Positions 21,445-34,334 of a DNA stretch of 64,000 bases are shown in pieces. This DNA comes from the human T2T-CHM13v2.0 reference genome, Homo sapiens. The translations under genes and the position numbers were made by a program. The notes under the pieces are model-generated. The model did not search any database. It saw only the letters and a program-made list of their open reading frames with translations, and was not told where the DNA came from. Position 1 is the first letter of the stretch. Each line of letters starts with the position of its first letter. The stretch lies in the NCBI RefSeq assembly GCF_009914755.1, contig NC_060944.1. One strand, written 5' to 3'.

Positions 21445-22427
21445 GCTCCCTTCCCTTCCTTTCTCTTCCTGTCGCTGTCTCTGCTTCCCTCTGTCTCTGT
21501 TTCCCTGTCTCTGTCTCTCCCTGTCTCTGTCTCCTTCTGTCTCCTTGTCTCTGTCTCCCTGTGCCTCTGTCCCTGTCTCTCTGTCTATCTCTGTCTATCT
21601 CTCTCTCCCTCTGTCCCTGCCTCCCTCTGTCTCTATCTCTCTGTCTCCGTCTGTCTCTGTCTCCCTCTCCCTCTGTCTCTCTCTGTCTCCCTCTCCCTCT
21701 GTTGCTGTCTCCCTCTGTCTCTGTCTCCCTCTCCCTCTGTCTCTCTCTGTCTCTGTCTCTTTCTGTCCCTGTCTCCCTCTGTCTCTGTCTCTCTGTCCCT
21801 GTCTCCCTCTCCCTCTGTCTCTCTCTCTGTCTCCCTCTGTCTCTGTCTCCCTCTCCTTCTGTCTCTGTCTCTGTCTCCCTTTCCCTCTGTCTCTGTCTCT
21901 CTCTGTCTCTGTCTCCCTCTCCCTCTGTCCCTGTCTCCATCTCCCTCTCCCTCTGTCTCTCTCTCTCTGTCTCTGTCCTGTCTCCCTCTGTCTCTGTCTC
22001 TCTGTCTCCGTCTGTCTCTGTCTCTCTGTCTCTGTCTGTCTCTGTCTCCATCCCTCTGTCTCTGTCTGTCTCTGTCTCCCTCTCCCTCTGTCTCTGTCTC
22101 TGTCTCCCTCTCCCTCTGTATCTGTCTCTCTCTGTCTCTGTCTCTGTCTCCCTCTCCCTCTGTCCCTGTCTCCATCTCCCTCTCCCTCTGTCTCTCTCTC
22201 TGTCTCTGTCCTGTCTCCCTCTGTCTCTGTCTCTCTGTCTCTGTCTGTCTCTGTCTCTCTGTCTCTGTCTGTCTCTGTCTCCGTCCCTCTGTCTCTGTCT
22301 CTGTCTCCCTCTCCCTCTGTCTCTGTCTGTCTCTGTCTCCCTCTCCCTCTGTATCTGTCTCTCTCTGTCTCTGTCTCCCTCTCCCTCTGTCCCTGTCTCC
22401 CTCTGTCTCTGTCTCTGTCTCTGTCTC
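21445..22427. repeat. ~1-kb CT-rich simple repeat (TCTCTG/TCTCCC mosaic)
   Basis: Near-continuous pyrimidine-rich hexamer units; source of the 295-402 aa pseudo-ORFs. Confidence 0.98.
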
Positions 22428-23739
22428 AGCGACTCCCGGGTATTTATTGGGAGGCCCCTGAGCACATGGCCTCAGTCCCTCTCTGGGACATCTGCAGGGC
22501 CCTGTCCCCCTTGCACACACGCTGGGACACCTTCGGAGCCCCCTGCTTACTGCACACCCTCATGTCCTCGACCTTCAGGGGCTCTCCTGGGTGGTGTGAC
22601 TTGGCCCCGAGCTGAGCTGGAGAACAAAAGTCTTTGGAGCTGCTTTTATTCCATTTTGGCAGCTTCCAAGAACTGGGCCTCTCGCCCCTGAGCGCATCTC
22701 CCGGGAATCTCGGCAAGACCCTGCAGTGGTGTGGGCCCTGCCAGCCTTTGTCCCATGAGTGAGGTTTGCTGGGGAAAGGAGGGACCATGGAGGACTTGGG
22801 CTCATTTAGAGAGGAGAGGCTTGTCCCTGGAGGACACTTTTAACCTCAGCCCTTGGCAGAGATTTCCACGAAATTAAGCCTCAGGCTAATGCTGTCAACA
22901 TGGGGAGGGGGCTGCTTCTGCCAGGCCCACCCCCATGGGGGGCTTCTGCACAGATCCAGTTCCATGCCAGTCCTGCCACAGTGGGAGGGGCCTTGGGGCA
23001 GCATCAGCTCATCCCAGTACCAGCAGAGCCCCTGCCCAGCAACCCTGTGCCTCACTCACGCTGTGTGGGCACCATGGGGCGGTGGGCAGCATGGCTCTGC
23101 GCCCCTGAGGCAGCACCTGCCCTTGAGGTTCCACACCTTGTGGGGGTGGGAATATAACAGGCAAATTTGCTGTGGAGCAGGGAGGTGGGAGGGCTCAGGA
23201 CAAAGAGAGCCATCTGGGGATCCCAGTGACGGGTGGGATCTGGGAGCGGGGAGGCCCTCCAGGAATGGGCAAGGCATGGTAGCAGGGGTGAGAGCAGGGG
23301 TGGTACCACCAGGGTTGAGGGTGGCACCCCTGCAGCCTGGCGCCTGGCTGGGCCCCGGCACCCCTGCTGTGCAGGTGACCTCTAGAACATGGGCGGGAAA
23401 GGCGCCCTCGCGGGCTGTCCACAGGGGAGGGAGGATGGCGCTCAGCTCCCTGCAGGAGGGAGAGATGGGCCAGTCAACCTGGGGAGCTCTGCACGGGGCT
23501 GACAGGGAAGCCTAGTCCCTCCTCAACCCCTGACCCTGAGGCCTGTGGATGCCCAGGCCCAGCTGCCTCCCCCTCGCGGGCATGCCCTCCCTGCCTGGAC
23601 GCATCCCTAGGAGGGAGCTCCTGGGCTGAGGAGGCTCCCTCGGCTGGTGTCCGCAATGACAGTGGGGACCCGGTGAGTAAATCTTGGCACAGCCACACCA
23701 GGGACAGCAGTAGCTGCAGCGCTTGCGGAGGGTCTGCGT

Positions 23740-24290
23740 GCAACCCCCTGGGGTTGCATGCCCCCCACCCCACGCTGGGACTGCATGCACCCCCTTAGGC
23801 TGCACGCACCCCCCCAGGCTTGCATGCTCCCCACCGCATGCTGGACCTGCATGCACCCTCCAGGCTTGCATGCCCCCCACCCCACGCTGGGACTGCATGC
23901 ACCCCCCCAGCCTGCGCGCACCCCCTGGGCTTGCGTACTCCCTCACCCCACGCCAGGTCCCCCCACCTCACACCGGGCCTGCGTGCATCACCCCCCACCA
24001 CCACCACCCAGCCTGTGTGCGTCCCCTGAGCCTGCGTGCGCCACCGCCCCCCCGCACCCGGCCTGCGGGCACCCCCTGGGCTTGCGTACTCCCTCACCCC
24101 ACGCCAGGTCCCCCCACCTCACACCGGGCCTGCGTGCATCACCCCCCACCACCACCACCCAGCCTGTGTGCGTCCCCTGAGCCTGCGTGCGCCACCGCCC
24201 CCCCGCACCCGGCCTGCGGGCACCCCCCGGGCTTGCATGCCCCCCACCCCATGCCGGGCCTGCGAGCGTCCCCTGGGCCTGCGTGCACCC
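23740..24290. repeat. C-rich compound minisatellite with a 151-bp higher-order duplication
   Basis: CCTGCG register recurs at 23911, 24062 and 24213 (period 151); shorter GCATGC/C-run subunits lie upstream. Confidence 0.9.
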
Positions 24291-25665
24291 AGAGGCTGTG
24301 TGTTACGTGCTGTGGGCGATTCTCTTTAAAGCAGCAACAATTACATGCAAGTTTGAATGAAAACTGCTCTGAAGGCTTCGGAGAAACTGCTGAATGAGGC
24401 TATTTGGGGGTGGGGGCAGGAGGAGTCAGTAGGTTTAGTTTTATTCCACACTTTTCTTGATGGTGGGAATGTGAAACTAGCTGTGAGGGCTGCTCTTATT
24501 TAGAAATTTTGGAAAGAAAGTCTCAGGCGAGGAGGTACAGATCCCAGGTCGGGAGAAATCGGGCCACTCCTCCACGCCCCCCCAGGTCACCCCGGGTTTG
24601 CCAGAGCTGCCCCAGGCGGGCCAGCAGGTGGGCAGGCGTGGCCAGGAACCCAGCCCACGAGGGTGGTGAATGCCCCTTCTCCCGGAGGACGTCACAAGGG
24701 CACTGCGGATCCCTCACTCAACTCTTATTTGCTGCACATGTCAAAGCTGTTTAAAAAGAAAGCGCTCAGGACGTTCCCCCGAGTCTGCAGTCGGGGTTGG
24801 CCTCCAGCCTAGGTGTGATCTGAAGTTCTGTGATTCAGACCCACAAACCCAGGCTGCCCAGAACGCATTCACCCAGGAACTTGGGCGTGGAGTGAGAGGC
24901 AAGCCCCCTGCCCCCACACTCGCACTCGGGGGCACACTCCAGTCACTGCCCAGCCCCCAGGCCTCTTAGAGGAGCTCAGCACACAGTCACATGGAGCCTA
25001 ACAAATTGTAGCCCCCGCCCCGCCCCCGCGCCCCGCCCCCACCTGCACCTTTTGCCGCCCCCGGGCTGGAAGGATCCATCCCATCCCGCGGAAGGGCAGC
25101 GGACCCTCGGAGGGACGGAGAGGAAGGAGCCCCGACGGGAGAGACTGTGGGGTGAAAGGCAGTGGAAAGGCAGTGGAAGGCGGTGAAGACGGTGGAAAGG
25201 TGGAGAAATCCAGCACTCTGAAGGGCAGCTGGGGAGCCTGGAGAAGGACATATGTGAATTTTGGAACTGCTCATTGTTCCAAGCCATGACCTTGAAGAAG
25301 GCAGGGGCCTCTCTGGCCTCTGTGTCCCCATCGCTGAGGACAGGGTGGAACACGAGAGGCTGGGGGGTGGCCTCTGCCTCTGAGCCAGTTCTCAGCTCTT
25401 CTCTTCCCTCTGAATTCATGTTGTGTTTCTCAGCCATGAGGGACCCACGGAAACTGGGGCTTGGGAAGCCAGAGATGGCTTTGAGTTTGAGAGAAGGAAT
25501 TTGCCTGGGTCACATACTGGAAATGGTGCCAGGCCCAGCCCCACCCCCCTGTGCATGTCTGGCTGAGCTTCCTAAGGAGCCAGCCACATCCACATTGCAC
25601 CAAACCCTGCCACATCCAATCCTGACCGAACAGCCAGTCTACTTGTCAGTGTGGGGGACCAGCCA

Positions 25666-25938
25666 CGTCAGTCAGGGCTCCCCAGAGAAACAGAACCAGT
25701 AGGATCCATGTCCACCTCTCTCTGTCTTTATGAATCAATCTATTGATTCTATGTATCCATCCATCCATCTATGTATCTATCCATCTATCCATCTGTCTAT
25801 CCATCCATCCATCTATCTATCCATCTATTCATCTATCCATCCATCCATCCATCTATGTATCTGTCCATCTATCTATCCATCTATTCATCTATCTATCCAT
25901 CCATCCATCTATCCAGCTAGCTAGCTAGCTATCCATCT

Positions 25939-25982
<44 letters not shown>

Positions 25983-25987
25983 TCATT

Positions 25988-26040
<53 letters not shown>

Positions 26041-26554
26041 TTTCTTTCTTTCCTCTCTCTCTTTCCTTCTCTTTCTTTCTATCTTTCTTTTCCTTCCTTC
26101 CTCTCTTTCTTTCTCTTTCTTCTTTCTCTCTCTCTCTCTCTTTCTTTCTATCTATCAAGAATAAGAGAGATTGGTTTTAATGAATTGGCTCACATGATTG
26201 TGGGGACTGGCAATTGCAGGGCAGGCCAGCTGGCTGGAAGTCCAGGGAAGCTGATGCTGCCATCTGAGTCCAAATTCCGCAGGGCGGCAGGCTGGGAACT
26301 CAGCACGGCTTCCACATTGCCATCTTGTGGAGGAGAATCCCGTTTTCTTCCAGAAACCTCGGTCTTTGCTCTCAAGGCCTCAGCTGCTGGGACGAGGCCC
26401 ACCCCCATGGTGGAGCGTCACTTTCCTACCTCAAAACCTGCTGAGCTAAGTGTTCATCCTGCCAGAAAACACCTGCACAGCAGCACCGAGGCAGGTGTGT
26501 GGCCAACAGCTGGGCACCGTGGTGCAGCCGAGTGGACACATAAAGTGACCATCA
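25666..26554 (-). mobile_element. MLT2-type (ERVL) solo LTR with expanded internal microsatellites
   Basis: GTCAGGGCTCCCCAGAGAAACAGAACCAGTAGGA...GAATTGGCTCACATGATTGTGG...GACACATAAAGTGACCATCAC. Confidence 0.85.
25725..26156. repeat. Compound STR: (TCCA/TCTA)n 25725-25935 then (TTTC)n/(TC)n 25936-26150
   Basis: Read directly; long perfect TTTC runs suggest length polymorphism. Confidence 0.97.
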
Positions 26555-27258
26555 CCCTCGTGGCAATGGGTGCGGGGGTGGGGGGGGGATGGTCTTTCAA
26601 GTTCCACAGCAAAGAGATTCCAAGGGCCTTATTATTCCCAATAATTAGGACAGATTTTCTGTCCAATTTGGCAAGGAAGCCCAAGACCCAGCATCGTGAG
26701 CTTCAGACACGGCAGGAACCCAAGGCTTCGGGAGACCCAGCACCTGCCCCGGCACGCACAGCTCAGGCGCAGCACCTGCCTCAGCGCGCACAGTTCAGCA
26801 GAGGTCAGCTCAACCCTGGACTGTCCACACGAGTGTTGGGGCACGATGGGGAACATCTCATGTTGTGCTTCTTGGCCATGAGGGACCCAAGGAAACTGGG
26901 GCTTGGAAAGCCGGAGACAGCTTTGAGTTTGAGGGGAGAAGTAACTTGCTGCTTACCTGGTTTGGTGGGTGGTCAGGGAGGACTTCCTGGAGGAAGGAAC
27001 ATGTAAAATGAGGCCCAAATGATGGAAAGGAGCTTTGAGCAGGGGAATTCCTTCCAGGCTGTCCCCAGAACTGCTGGCTGCCTGGGACTTGGGTGCCCTC
27101 TGGGGTACAGTGTGTTCTCCCGAACACCAGTGGCTCTTGTGTTCAGGGCAAGCGTGGAGCTGATCCTGGGGGGTGACCCTCGCTTTGTCCTGGGCTAACC
27201 CAACGGGGATGTGAACCGGAGCCCCACACTCAAAACCCAACTCACAAGGCAGACATTT

Positions 27259-27660
27259 ACATTTCACTCATTCAGAGACCCGGGTCAGTCCATTCTTACC
27301 AAGCCCCCACCGCGTGCTGGGTCCAGCGTGAGACAGCTCCCGGGGCGCGTGGACAGAGAGGCCTTGCCTTCGAGGGGCTCCCCTTCTCATGAGAGGAAGT
27401 CACTGTCTCCAGATGACAGGGTGACAAATGCCTCCAACAAAGATGTGTGCTCAGGGAGGTCAGAGGGGAGTGGTCCCTGGGGATCAGGAATGGCCCTGGG
27501 AGAGGCGGCTCCTCAGCTGGACCTGGACAGATGGAGGCGCTTAAACCCCAAGATGGGAGGGGACAGAGGAGTGCCAGCTAGGGCCACGGGACCAGACCCA
27601 CCTTCCCGGAGCACAGGGCTGCGTGAGGTGAGGCATGTCTGGGCCACGGAACAGGGATGA
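27259..27660 (-). mobile_element. L2 3' end relic
   Basis: CATTTCACTCATTCA start followed by diverged L2 3' motifs. Confidence 0.5.
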
Positions 27661-27669
27661 CATCCTTCA

Positions 27670-28200
27670 TGCACCCACACACACCCACACACATCCCTCA
27701 TGTGACACACACACCCACACACATCCCTTATGTGACACACACACATCCCTCACATGACACACACACACATCCCTCATGTGACACACCCACACCCACACAT
27801 GTCCCTCATGACACACACACACATCCCTCACATGACACACACACATCCCTCACATAACACACACACACGTTATATGACACACACACCCCTCACGTGACAC
27901 ACACACGTTATATGACACACACACCCCTCACGTGACACACACATCCCTCACGTGACACACACACATCCCTCATGTGACACACACATCCCTCACATAACAC
28001 ACACACACCCCTCACATAACACACACACACGTTATATGACACACACACATCCCTCACATAACACACACACACATCCCTCACGTGACACACAAACACTTTA
28101 TATGACACACACACATCCCTCACGTGACACACACACCCACACACGTCCCTCACATGACACACACACACATCCCCCACGCGTGCACACACACACACACACT
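27670..28200. repeat. CA-rich minisatellite, ~20-28 bp units (ACACACATCCCTCACGTGAC variants)
   Basis: Repeated CCCTCA(C/T)(G/A)TGAC cores separated by (CA)n. Confidence 0.95.
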
Positions 28201-28908
28201 CTGCGGGTGGCTGCTCACCCGCCCTGACATGGGGACTGTCTCTCCGGTGAGAACCGGCTGCAGGAGGGTTTGGTGCAGTGTGGATGTGGCCACTGCTCCT
28301 CAGGAAGCTCAGCCGGACACGCGCGGGGGGACGGGGCTAGGCCTGGCTTCATTTCCAGCATGTGAACCTGGCAAGCTGCTGCTCCTCTCGGGGCCTCATT
28401 TTTCTCCTCTATGGAATAGGGACGGCAGAGCCAGTGTGGTGCACTGAGCCCTGGAGCGCCGCTCTGCAAAGGCACGTTCCACTGACACCCGCCTGGTCAA
28501 GCTCAGACCCAGGCAGAGAGGTGGCCGAGCCTCGCAGGGCCCCGGGTCCGACCCACCCCCGGGTCTGGCAGCTTTGCAGAAGGGCCTCTTTCAGGAAAGC
28601 AATTCACACACAATTCACAGTTGCAGCCTGCATGTCCTGTGTTGCTGTGGGCTCTGGAACTACGAGTGAGGACACCTTGAATCCCCTGTGCTTCCAGGAT
28701 GTCACGTCTGTGTTCCTGGGACGGAGTGTGGAAACTGACTTTGGTAACTTCACGCTGCTTAGATGCACAGTGGGATCAGCTGCTGAGAGCAAATCTGATC
28801 GCCTCGTAGGTGAGCTCAGAGCTGCTAGGAAGCTCTTCACACCAGGGGCCTCAGGGGCACAGGTTTCGGGCCACGAGCTCACAGGCATTAGCAAAAATAA
28901 GGGTTCCT

Positions 28909-29355
<447 letters not shown>

Positions 29356-29443
29356 AAATAAGGGTTTCTGGTAAATTCTTCCTGGAGACACCTGGTGCCA
29401 GTCACACAGCCTCCCGAGCTGGTCACTCAGGCTGTGCACACCT

Positions 29444-29579
29444 CAGCCCTCAGGACAGCCAGGGAGGCAGCACGTACCCCAGCCCTCAGGACAGCCAGGG
29501 AGGCAGCACGTACCCCAGCCCTCAGGACAGCCAGGGAGGCAGCACGTACCCCAGCCCTCAGGACAGCCAGGGAGGCAGC
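29444..29579. repeat. 36-bp tandem repeat x3.8 (CAGCCCTCAGGACAGCCAGGGAGGCAGCACGTACCC)
   Basis: Identical units; the ORF track shows (PALRTAREAART)n. Confidence 0.97.
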
Positions 29580-32579
29580 CTGCACGGCTCTGCCCAGACG
29601 GCTCTTGGAGCATCTGGTGGGGCCAAGTGTTCTGGGGACACGTGCTCTGGAAAGATCTGCTTCAGCCAGACTTTCACACAGGACAGCTGGGGTTGACCCT
29701 GGCCGGTGCAGCCAGCAACACCTGTGAGGCCAGAGGGCAGAGGCAGGGATTCTCCCAACAGAAAATCAGGTGTGACATCATCTCCAAAGCTGATCCCGAG
29801 TCTGGGCCCCAAGCCTGCTGTAAGTGGGGAACGCTGGTGTCTTCCTTCAAGGTCCCCAAAGAAGCAGACTCTGGGAGAGGGTTTGGGGCACAGGGTTTAT
29901 GCGGGAGGTGATTCCAGCAAGCAGGGTGCGTGGTGGGGAGGTGAGACTGGGAGGCAGGGAAGGGGTAGCGTGAATGAGGGGCAGGTGGCCACTTTGAACA
30001 ACCGCAGCTTCATTTTCCTTGCATGAGCCATGCAAGAGGGTCATTTTCCTGAGGACCCTCTTGTAAAACAGATCCCTGGAGGCCCGGCTCTTCCCTCCTT
30101 TCTTGCTTGTAGTTCTCAAGAATAACTGGAATATGCTGGATGCACAAGCCCCTGAGATAAAGAGGAGCATGTGGAGCACCCGGGGCTCTGCTCCAGCCCC
30201 TCCTAGAGCGGAATGTCCTAGAACGCTGCAGCCCAGCGAGCCACGTTTCCCGAGTGTAAGATCAGAGTGGGCCGCTTTGGGGTTCATCAGCTGCGGGGCA
30301 GCATGGGCACAGGCAGACAAGGCCCGGGGGAGGGAAGGTGACAGAGAGCAAGTTAGGGAGCCGGTGACCACTTGGGGACCAGAGCTCAGATCCAGAGGGA
30401 CCCCCTGGGTGTTGAGAACCCTGGGAATTAGTGTGCCAACTCCTGCCCCTCTTGGTGGGGGTCTCTCCAGGGCGAGTGAAGTCCTAACACTTAGCCAGCC
30501 CCACACACCACACACTCACACCCAGAGATGTCCTCAGGTGGGGGGCGCAGGCACTGAGGAGGCCTGTGGGGTGCCGGGGTGGGGACCCCGTCTCTGCCGC
30601 AGGTATCTGCAGCTCTGCCACCAGGCTCTTTCAGCACCAAGGAGAGCAGCTGAGGGGCTCCTGTGTTCCTGGGGGCCCGTGTGCTCTCTGGACCTGCAGC
30701 TGGTCCCATTCTGGGGTCCGTGCCTGTTCCCGGAAGCACGGATCCCAGGCAGGCAGTGGACTGGCCTGGCCTGGGTCTGGGAATCACTTTGAAGGCAGTG
30801 TTTTATGCCACTTGCCTGCCAAGGCAGAGAGTGCTGCGGCCATGGAGGTGACAGCTTCCCGGGCGGCGACTGACGTGGGGAGGCTTTGCTGATTCATTCT
30901 GGGCATGAATAACCAATTTCCTCAAAGCTGCCGGGGTTTGTGAATCAGGGTTCCCAATAAGAATGAACAAATCAAATCCATCTTCTGGGGCCTTTCATGG
31001 GACACTCTCAGCTCCCCAGTGCGTCATGGGGTTTATAGCATGGCAGTCACTGGAGTGAGCTTGCTTAGAGATCAGCGCCCGGCCCTCTGGAGCTGGGAAG
31101 TACAACCTGCTGCAGTGCCCACACCTGTGTGGCCACCAGGCTGTCTCCAGACCCCGGCTCAGGCAGCTCCAACACTCGCCAAACCCTTCAAACCCCAGCC
31201 CTCTGCTGGGGTATCTTGGTGGGTGCTGGACAAGCCCCGTGTTCAGATGGGGCTGAGTCCCTGTGACTTTGAGTCCCTCTGACCACTAATGGGGAGAGAA
31301 ATGTGTGGACAGCCGATGCCAGCCATAAAATCCCCGTGAGAATTACTCAGCCTGTGGGAAAATGGCCAGTAGCCGGGGGCCATCTGAGGGCAGGAGAAGG
31401 CTCCAAATCAGGAAAATCTGCCACATAATTGAGTGCCTGGGGCGGCTGGTGAGGCGTGGACAGGGCTAGGAGCTGAGCCCCACCACAGCACCTGCCCACC
31501 CCTGGCCTGTGCAGCAGCTATGGCTGGTGGTCCCGGACCTCTGTCTAGGCATCAGACACAGGACCCACCCTGGCCCTAAGTTCCTCCACTGCAGCCCCTG
31601 GAGCTGCCTCCCAGGAGAGGCCCAGTGCCGGGGAGGCCTAGAGGCTGCAGCGTCTCCTCTCCACCTGGCTTTCCTCTCAGCTGCTCTGTTTAAGGAAACC
31701 CTGACTCACAGGCCGGAGGAAGATCGCCCGGCAGAGCTCTCAGCTCCCCAGGGCTTCCAAATGAAGTTTCTTTTAATAAAACCTTGGTGATCAGACAGGA
31801 GGCCCAGAGGTATCTGTGTGAGGTGGAGAGGGTCAGAGGCTATGGTAGGGGTGAGGGCTCAGGCAGCTGGCCCTGAAGCTGCAGCTCTCCCTCTGGGAGT
31901 GCAGTGGTCCCGACCTCACAGGCTCAGCCTCAGCCTCAGCGGGGTGTTCCAAGTCGGCCTGGAGTCCCCTCCCCAGCACTTCCACCAGTGAGCTCCTGCC
32001 ACCTGAGGCGCACTGGGGAGAGGCCAGCTCCTCCCATAAGCTTCCCAGCACCCACAGCGAATGTCTGCCCAGCAGGGCAAGGGCACGAGGGGGCAGGCAC
32101 ACTGTCTTCCCCGAGGCCTGGAGCTGGGAGCCCAGAGGTATGCCCTGGGTGGGCGGCCTTTCTCCTTTACTCGCTTTTTTTCCAAGCCAGCCTGAACTTA
32201 AGGGGGGCGGTGCACTGCCAGCTGAAGTTTGAGGGCCTGGCCTGGGGAGGTCCGGGGGGAGACATCTTATGCTTTACCAGCAGGAACTGGGTTAGGACAG
32301 GGCTGGCACAGACCTGGGGATGTACGGGCCCTTCTCTCGACAGGAACTGGCATCAAAGATTTAAGGGGGACCCTAATACAGGGGAGAGGGTCCCTGGCTG
32401 AACAAGCCAGGAAGCGGCAAGCGAAGACAAGCCAAAAACCATGTTTGGGAGCAACGAGGTGGACCCCGGCCTGCGGCACTGCGAGTCCTGATCTTCTGGG
32501 CCTGCACACGTGGGTATGTGGGAGTGTGGTCGTGCACAAGAGTCAGAAGGCAGTGGAAGCTGTGTTGGGTGTAAAGTAC

Positions 32580-32766
32580 TGCACATGTGACACAGTTGTA
32601 CACAGATGCACACACACGTGCACACAAGCGCATGCATACACAAACAGAAATGTGTGTGTACACATCTCACACCCACATGCATACGCCTGTGAACACATGC
32701 AGACAAGCATGCACGCTTCCAGGTCCAATGCAAACCCACTTGCACAAACACACACACGTACACACA
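32580..32766. repeat. Degenerate CA-rich repeat
   Basis: Alternating purine/pyrimidine tract. Confidence 0.85.
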
Positions 32767-34334
32767 AAGCCCAAAGCAAAGCTGGCCCCTGGGAAGCACT
32801 TTTTGGGAAAGCAAAGCAAAAGTGTCAGCAGCTGGAGCCTGGTGAGTCTTGGAGCACACCCCACCTCCCCCAGTTTCATGCCACTGACGACAGGGTTTGG
32901 GTATCAGCATGGTGACTGGTTGGGGTCTGTGTTTGCAAACACTGTGCCAAGCACTGCTGGACACAGCGCATGTGCCACGGAGCTCTGGCCCCAGAGCCAG
33001 CAGGCAGCGGGCATGAGGACTCCAGTCAGAGAGAGGGGCTGCGGGAGAGGGAGGGTCCCGGCTGGCTGTGGCAGCCACGGGAGAGGCAGCCACATGGTTC
33101 CATTAGCAGCCATCTCCAAGCTGGAGCCAGAGATGACTAAGGGAGTGCGGAGGGATGGGACGCGGTCCAGGAGAGCCTCACCCAGCCTCCTCCGGCAGGG
33201 CCTGCCCTAGTAATGCCCGGTGAATAATTCAGCAGAGGCCAACCCAGACAGGAAGTGAGCAGGGCGGGCTTCAGGCCAGGCAAAGGGCAGGCAGGACATA
33301 GGTAGGCGGAGTGGCCGCCTCTGCTTGATGGATTTGGGGAGAGCCGTGGAAACCAGGACCTGGGGGCCCAGGGACTTGCTGAGGGTCCCCCAATGAGAGG
33401 AGGGGCCTGCTGACCCCCTGCTGACCGCATGCCCTCACTTTTCCCTGCACGCACTGGCCCTGCCTCCTGATCCTGCGGGTGCCCTGCCTGGCACTCCCAG
33501 GCCCTTGTGGGGCTGAGTGTGGTGGCTGCATGTGGAGGGGTGACGTCTCCCCACCCAGGAGCTCAGGGCAGGACCCTCATTCTGGTTCCCTGAGCAGCAG
33601 CCCGGGGTGTCAGCAAAGTGTGGGGCATGGACCCCGTCCCCTCTTCCCCTGCATGCTGGGGTTCCCATGTCCCCAAGTGCATTGCACACTGGCAGCCAGA
33701 CCCACGTGGCTGTCTTTCCTGCACCGCGTGCATCAGAGCTCTGGGCTGTGACCACTCTGAAGGTGGCTGTCCTTAGATACTGAAGACCCCTGAAGAGGCC
33801 GCCCCACCCCCTTCTGACCTGCTGTCCCATCCTTTACCCTCCAAGGGCATTTCTCAAACTCAAGTGCACACAGAACCCCGAGGCGCACGTGCTCGAGGCC
33901 CCCGCTGGGATCTAGGTTCTGCAGGACTGGTGGCATTCGGCATTTGAAGCAAGGTCCGGTGCAGGAGGGCAGCCCACAGCCCTGCCACTCAGAAAAGCTG
34001 GGGAAGCTCCCTGCGGATGTTGGGAAGCTGGGCAGAGAGGCCACACGGGGGCTGGGGGGAAGCGCTGGGAGAGGTGAGGGGGAGCTACAGGGAGAGCCCA
34101 ACTCCACTTCAGCCCCCACCGTCACTGTCTTGATGGGGCTCAGGTGGACATGAGGAGGCCTCTGTGCTATGACCTTGGTGCATCCTGGGGCCCTCAGAGG
34201 AAGCCCACAGAGGCACCTGCACCAGCCCCAGGCCCCCACCAGAGCTGAGCCCCAGTGGAAGCGGCTCCATCACAGGGGCCATGCACATGGCAGAGAGGGA
34301 CACACCCCAGGAGGAGCAGCACCCAGCATGGGCA

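Noticed and set aside
21407-22691. Longest ORFs (402, 376, 350, 295 aa; Ser/Leu- or Arg/Glu-rich)
   Set aside because: Translations of the CT-rich simple repeat, which lacks stop codons; no gene structure.
25418-26933. Repeated peptide MLCF.AMRDPRKLGLGKPE.ALSLR in two ORFs as paralogous exons
   Set aside because: Explained by the 76-bp DNA duplication; differences follow CpG decay rather than codon constraint.
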